Of a stretch of 58,329 nt of DNA, positions 56,878 through 58,329 are shown piece by piece. The position numbers and the translations under genes were made by a program. Numbering within the stretch: the stretch's first letter is position 1; every line of letters begins with the position of its first letter. Location: positions 1 to 58,329 of the forward strand of contig JBDKUN010000025.1 of NCBI GenBank assembly GCA_039679675.1. The letters run 5' to 3'. The notes under the pieces are model-generated. The model saw only the letters and a program-made list of their open reading frames with translations. It made no database searches and had not been told where the DNA came from. Source of the DNA: Armatimonadota bacterium. GTDB taxonomy: Bacteria > Armatimonadota > UBA5829 > DTLH01.

Positions 56878-57798
56878 ATGGCTGACAAATACTACGTCGC
56901 AGGGATTGATGGCGGCGGGTCTAAAACAGAATGCGCAATAGTGGACCAAGATGGGCATTGTTTGGCTATTGGCCATGGCGGCCCCTCGAACATTTTCTAT
57001 GCGGATTTCTCAAAAGTAGTAGAATCACTCGATACTGCCATAACTTCAGCAATTGAAAACGCTGGTGGATGGGTGAAAGTAGCGCTCACCGGATGCACAC
57101 ACCGCGTGGCGCGCATTCCTGAAGTGAAGGCCAGAATATCGGCGCGTCTGAGCGGTGATATTCGACTGTATACTGAGGGAGAAGCCGCGCTCGGAAGCGC
57201 CGGGTTTACAGAACGCTTCGGAATAGCTCTTATCGCAGGTACAGGCAGCAGCGCTTTCGGATTTACGCATGACGGCAGATGCTGCCGTGCCGGAGGGTGG
57301 GGTATGCTCTTGGGCGACGAAGGCGGCGCTTATGATATTGCCATAAACGGGCTCAGGTCCGCAGCGCGGATGATGGACGGAAGGGGCCCGAAAACGGTAA
57401 TTCTCGACCATGCCTGCGAACACTTCGGCATTTCTCCCGACTTTGAGTCCTTCGTTCAGTTTTTCAAGGATGCGACAAGAGACAAAATAGCATCGTTTGC
57501 GCCGATGGTCACATCCGCTGCATGCAGAGGCGATGAAGCAGCTGAAGCAATTGTATCGAATGCCATGAATAACCTTGCAGATTGCGTTATTGCTTTAGGC
57601 CATAAGCTGTTTTCAACGAATGATAAATTCCCTGTAGCGCTTCATGGCGGGGTTTTACGTGACAGCAGAATGGCGGAAGGTGTGACCGCTCTGATAAAAG
57701 AAAGATACCCTAACGCTGATGTCCGTACTCCGATATACAGCCCCGGCGTCGGACTCGCGCTTTTTGTGCTGTACACAAAACACATGGACAGTCAGTAA
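56878..57798 (+). CDS. BadF/BadG/BcrA/BcrD-family sugar kinase (GlcNAc kinase-like)
   Basis: GIDGGGSKT, GGPSN, IAGTGS, RAGGWG.LLGDEGGAY.IA, DGRGP.T. Confidence 0.88.
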   Translation: MADKYYVAGIDGGGSKTECAIVDQDGHCLAIGHGGPSNIFYADFSKVVESLDTAITSAIENAGGWVKVALTGCTHRVARIPEVKARISARLSGDIRLYTEGEAALGSAGFTERFGIALIAGTGSSAFGFTHDGRCCRAGGWGMLLGDEGGAYDIAINGLRSAARMMDGRGPKTVILDHACEHFGISPDFESFVQFFKDATRDKIASFAPMVTSAACRGDEAAEAIVSNAMNNLADCVIALGHKLFSTNDKFPVALHGGVLRDSRMAEGVTALIKERYPNADVRTPIYSPGVGLALFVLYTKHMDSQ

Positions 57799-58329
57799 CC
57801 TCCGGCAGAGCCGGAGGCTTGTAATATGGGAACCGCTCAAAGCGGTTATCTGTTCGTCATTTATGAGCCGCCCAAGGCGGCATCAGCACAACTTAAGTTG
57901 GTCGATCCGTTTGTCTTCCGCCTCTTGTTGGCGGATATACTCTTGGATCATTTTCTCATCTTTGCCAACTGTAGATACAAAATATCCACGAGCCCAAAAT
58001 TGCTCACCGGTGAAGTTCTTTTTCTTGCCAGCATAAGTCCGTGCAATATGTATGGCGCTCTTGCCTTTGATATAACCTATCACCTGTGCAACACTATATT
58101 TGGGCGGTATGCTGATCAGCTTATGCACGTGGTCACGCTGCAGTCTTCCCGTCTCGATGCATGACTCCTTGTGTCGAGCCAACTCGGTAAACAGCTTGCG
58201 ATATTCATTTCTGATGTGACCGTATAATACCTTACGGCGACATTTTGGGATAAACACAACATGGTATTTGCACTCCCAGCTTGTATGCGATAGACTCTTG
58301 TAGTCGTCCATTTTTCCTCCTTTTCAGAA
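57791..58329 (-). mobile_element. IS200/IS605-family element (tnpA only); left end beyond the window
   Basis: Subterminal hairpins CCTCCGGC-AGA-GCCGGAGG (57799-57817) and AACCGCT-CAA-AGCGGTT downstream of tnpA. No tnpB between tnpA and the right end. Confidence 0.85.
57883..58311 (-). CDS. tnpA: IS200/IS605 Y1 HUH transposase
   Basis: SLSHT.WECKYHVVFIPK.RRK, HUH motif DHVH, KGKS, FWARGYFVSTVG, catalytic Tyr in EYIRQQ. AGGAGG SD. Confidence 0.96.
   Translation of the reverse strand: MDDYKSLSHTSWECKYHVVFIPKCRRKVLYGHIRNEYRKLFTELARHKESCIETGRLQRDHVHKLISIPPKYSVAQVIGYIKGKSAIHIARTYAGKKKNFTGEQFWARGYFVSTVGKDEKMIQEYIRQQEAEDKRIDQLKLC

Noticed and set aside
1..58329. Composite transposon, prophage or anti-phage defence island spanning the window
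   Set aside because: The flanking IS elements belong to different families and the content is mainly core housekeeping genes. No integrase, phage structural, RM, toxin-antitoxin or RT genes were recognised.

Overview
A 58.3-kb stretch of ordinary bacterial chromosome, mid-range GC by eye, from a diderm organism. It is most likely Armatimonadota; this is an inference from the secreted protein at 52068-54338, the lipoprotein-type YidC, and Firmicute-like synteny alongside outer-membrane barrels. Both ends are insertion sequences: a probable IS630-type transposase tail at 1-127 and an IS200/IS605 tnpA element at about 57791-58329, which suggests a contig broken at IS copies. About 50 CDSs lie between them. 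Housekeeping genes are mutS2, mutS, lon/hsp20, mnmE-jag-yidC-yidD-rnpA-rpmH (no dnaA alongside), amidase-GerMN-murI-rph-rdgB, menG with a polyprenyl synthase, and cdd. There is also a P1B-ATPase/ZIP metal pair and a glutaredoxin/thioredoxin reductase pair. Carbohydrate-related genes include GH99-like, ADP-ribosylglycohydrolase, GH94, fucose-isomerase-like, GH4, beta-helix, a GH38 fragment and a BadF kinase. I found no rRNA, tRNA, CRISPR array, prophage or recognisable defence system. The best candidates for undescribed biology are: (1) a barrel-barrel-BON-GH94 operon; (2) a lipoprotein fusing a LolA-like domain to a cysteine-less thioredoxin fold; (3) a secreted, non-catalytic GH38 derivative with trimmed loops; (4) a GH99-like plus carbohydrate-module ADP-ribosylglycohydrolase pair; (5) a recurring GGGTA promoter-like motif before stress-type genes; (6) several regulatory hairpins and REP-like small repeats. 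All family assignments come from motif recognition by eye, not database searches.
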